Of a DNA stretch of 64,000 nt, positions 61,001 to 64,000 are shown piece after piece; positions within the stretch are counted from its first letter, which is position 1, and the number at the start of each line of letters is the position of its first letter. A model generated the notes under the pieces. The model was not told where the DNA came from and made no database searches. It saw only the letters and a program-made list of their open reading frames with translations. The stretch spans positions 5,664,001 through 5,728,000 of the forward strand of contig JASGJH010000001.1 in assembly GCA_047601445.1 (NCBI GenBank). Direction: 5' to 3'. Origin of the DNA: Myxococcales bacterium (lineage in GTDB: Bacteria > Myxococcota_A > Polyangia > Polyangiales > DASUME01). The position numbers were made by a program, and so were the translations under genes.

Positions 61001-63893
61001 GGACCACGGAGCTCAAGACCGGACTTCCGCTGATGCGATGGACGCAGAGATTGCTCAGCGCGTCGATCTTGGCGTCGCAACCAGCCTTGGCCTGGTCGGG
61101 CAGCAAGGGCTCGTGGTGCCAGGTGAAGCAGTCGAGCGCATTCGGGTCGCACGAAAGAGAGGTCTTGAGGTCGCGCAGGTAGTCCTGGGCGCTGGAGCCG
61201 TACTCGAGTGTGGTGAGCGCACCGAGACCATTGTCGACCCCGACAAGAAGGCGGGGCTTGGTGCCGCCCATGAAGTCGATCCAGCGATAGTTGCCGCCTT
61301 GCGCGTAAACCAGGTCGCTGGTGGTGCTGCCGTCGATGTCGGCCACGCGCACTCGCCCGAGCACCTCGGCCGCAAACGGCGTGTTGTCGACGATCAGGCG
61401 ATCGGAGAAGCCTTCACCACCGCGATTGAACCAGACGCTCAGGAAGTCGAAGCCAACCAACAGGAGGTCCGCGGTGCCATCTTCGTTCACGTCGGAAAGC
61501 TGTAGTCCCGCCAAGTCAGGATTGAGCTCCTGCGGCGGATTGCTCATCTCGAAGTGACGCTGCGCGCGATTGCCATCGTCACAAGCGTGTGATCCGTCGC
61601 CAAACGCCCCTTCGCCTCGCCCGGGCCACCAAATCACCCGGTCGGACGCCACGTGCGCAATGTCCACGATGCCATCGCCATTCATGTCGGCGATGCGAAC
61701 GTTGGACTCATCGAAGCCCAGGTTCTGCCCGGCGTAGGGCAGGCAGGACTCGGTGGGCTCCGTGCTGAGAGAGAAGCCATTGGCGTTCGCGGTGGCGGAA
61801 CCGAATCGCCCCTCTCCTCCAGGGTAGCGTCCGAGGTTGAGCCAGGTCTGAACCTTGGACCCAGTAGTTCGAACGATGTCGATCAGATGGTCTTTGTTGA
61901 CGTCGAGGGTCTTGGTGGCAACGCCGTCTGCCCCGAGGTCAATGCGCGGATCAGTCACTCCCGACGGCAGCAGGTTCGACACGTGAGCGAACGACCAACC
62001 CTCGAGCGGAGCATAGGTTCCCCCCGTTGGCGTTGGATCCTTGCTGAGCAAGAAGTAGCCGTAGTTCGCAGAGCGAGGCATGTGGAGAATGTCCTCGCGA
62101 CCATCTCCATCGACATCCATTGGAACGATGTTTACGCTCGCGAGATTGAGCGTCGAAGCGAGCCCGGCCGGCACGCTGATGTGGGCGGCGACCGAGAACG
62201 CGCCCGCAACTGCAGGCGTGTTGCCGGAGAATCCGTTGAAGTAGACTCCCGCGCCGTTGTCGTAGCGCGCAGGATCCGTCACGAGCACATCCGTCAAGCC
62301 ATCCGCATTGACGTCGAAAAACTCCACGCGCGCTTCGTCTGCGGATACCTCGGGGCTCGCGGAAGAGGTGTGCAGCGTGTTATCGATGCCGCCAAAACCG
62401 GCAACCTGACCGGCGGTCGTGCTCGGCTTCGAATAGGCAAAGCTGATCGGAGGCAGCAGCTCGCCCACGATCGCATCGCTCAGCGACTCCTCGGCCACGC
62501 TTGAATCGCCGATCGACGCCCCAAAGCTGGTATCGCGGTAAGAGGGACGGCCCTCGACTTGCACCGACGACAGTAGTGAGTGGTAGCTCCCTGGTTCGTA
62601 GCGGAGGTGGTAGCGCCTGACGAGGGTGCGCGTGCCGGGCCCGGCCGCGGCGCTCGTAACGTCGATGCGCTTGAGACGAAGGTTTCGCTCCGTGCGCCAC
62701 GTGGACGCGTAACTGGACGTGCGATCCTCGCGCGCCTCGTACACCATGGCGACACGATGGGCGTACTCGCCAAGGCCCACGGAGCACGCACGCGCGGTTG
62801 CGGCGTAGCCAGCCGCGCAGCGCACGGGGGTCGTGTAGTAAATCGCTTGCAGGTAGAGGTTCCCGCCGTCCTTCAGGTAGCGGTAGTCCACCGTGGAGCC
62901 GTGCGCGTCGCTCATCCGAACCAGCGCCCAGGAGAAGATCCGGCTCGCCTGTTCGGGATCCGTCTGAACCGCTGCCTGGCAGCTTCCGCTTTCAGCGCTG
63001 GGGCAGGCGCCGAAGTCGAAGCGCGTGCCGTCCTTGGCTTGCACCACCCATCGGGCGGAATCTGGCGAACGGAAGAAGCGCATGAACGCTCCCTCCACCT
63101 TGGCGCGATACTGCTGCCACCCGCTCAGTTCGGCGGGAATCGTGCCGGTGTCGATGCCCGCGGCCACGCTGGAGTCGACTGGAACGAGCTCCTGGCCGCC
63201 GTTGTACATGAACGTGTCTTCCTGGAAATGCCAGGTGGCACCATCGACATAGTGGGGAAGACCCTTGTCCGTTTGGCGCGAGATGAACGGCACCGCGACT
63301 GACCAACCCAGGCCCGCCACACCGTCACCGCCGCTCGTGGAGTAGGCGAGCGAGAGGCTCGGCTGCACGCCGGCGCGACCCTTCGGTAGCGCGATCGGAA
63401 CGCTGAACGTGCCGGTGCCGCTGGAGAGGTTGGGCGTGAAGCTTTCGCCCATGCCCTGGATGGAGCCTTCGCCCTTGGGAAGTGCGATCTGCTGTCCGGA
63501 GATGGTCGCGGAGGTGCCGCCCGTTGGAAGGCCACCGCCTGAACTAGAGGAGCCCTCGCCGGCAAACGGAACCGGAGCAGAGCTCGACTGCTCCTCCAAG
63601 GTTTGCCGTTGGTGATCGGCAACTACGGACTCGAGATTCTCTTGGGTGCGTTGTTCAACGTCATGGTTGGCCTTATCCGTGCTCTTGTGCTGGCCGGCCG
63701 CGAGATCGTCGGCCACGACCTCCCGCATCCGCTCCGCACCGGCCGCACGGTCCGCTCCGCTGCGACGCGGAGCAACGAAGCCACTCGGCTCCGGCTCTTG
63801 CGCACGCGCAAGTCGAGGAACCAGAGGCGCCCAAAAGAGCAACGTAGCCAAACAGGTCGACAGAAGTCGTACGAAGATCGAGGAACGTCTCAT
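55072..63893 (-). CDS. Secreted SpvB/TcB-like + Rhs fusion polymorphic toxin (~2,940 aa after repairing 1-nt frameshifts at ~56168 and ~55337)
   Basis: Sec signal; LPKG.G.I.GMGE.F..N.SSGT..F.VPI..P.GR...P.L.L.Y....G.GW (SpvB); D.N.DG.D FG-GAP repeats; EFRGF; YD..GR repeats; FTGKE.D.EVGL.YFG.RY, GRW.SPDP, DPLGL, then a variable C-terminus. Confidence 0.88.
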
Positions 63894-63937
63894 CGCTCGT
63901 GCTCCGAAAGTGCGAGGTCATTGCGGGAGCACGAGCA

Positions 63938-64000
63938 CTAGTTGAGGCGCGTCCAGTAGCGGTAATGCATCACCAGCTGCACGTCCTCGAGACGATTCCA
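63938..64000 (-). CDS. 3' end of an upstream gene (partial), C-terminus resembling the TcA TcB-binding domain
   Basis: Reverse strand reads WNRLEDVQLVMHYRYWTRLN* and stops 44 nt before the toxin ATG; only 20 codons are visible. Confidence 0.5.
   Translation of the reverse strand, partial: WNRLEDVQLVMHYRYWTRLN

Overview
GC-rich bacterial window, most consistent with a myxobacterium (Myxococcota, Polyangiales-like). The taxon is inferred from the Hanks-type Ser/Thr kinases with PEGA tails, the many Cys-rich lipoproteins and the CGDG..EECDDG repeats. 1-19.4 kb holds three kinases interleaved with large surface lipoproteins (InlB-B-repeat/DUF1554-like, EGF, C-type lectin, LamG). 19.4-28.6 kb holds four copies of a structured ~240-300 bp non-coding element. 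Its core is conserved, but its long terminal stems come in three different sequence versions. Two copies flank an orphan Pycsar-effector-like membrane gene. The same stretch has an ABC-F ATPase, DUF4142, a CPA2 antiporter, DUF1993 and a cupredoxin. 28.6-49.5 kb holds an S66 peptidase operon opposite a BTAD/AAA regulator, msrPQ, an alkyl sulfatase, tesA-ybbAP, a crystallin-like lipoprotein, a DUF3943 OMP, a dipeptidase, a 4x107-bp hairpin array and an SRPBCC protein. 49.5-64 kb holds a minus-strand toxin locus: a giant lipoprotein, a putative immunity gene, a signal-peptide-bearing SpvB/TcB-Rhs fusion with a LamG-like domain inserted in the Rhs core, and the tail of an upstream gene that looks TcA-like. 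All five apparent frameshifts can be repaired by one base at a GATC site, which suggests modification-linked sequencing errors rather than pseudogenes. No rRNA, tRNA, CRISPR array or transposase was seen. Domain calls come from motif recognition, not database searches.
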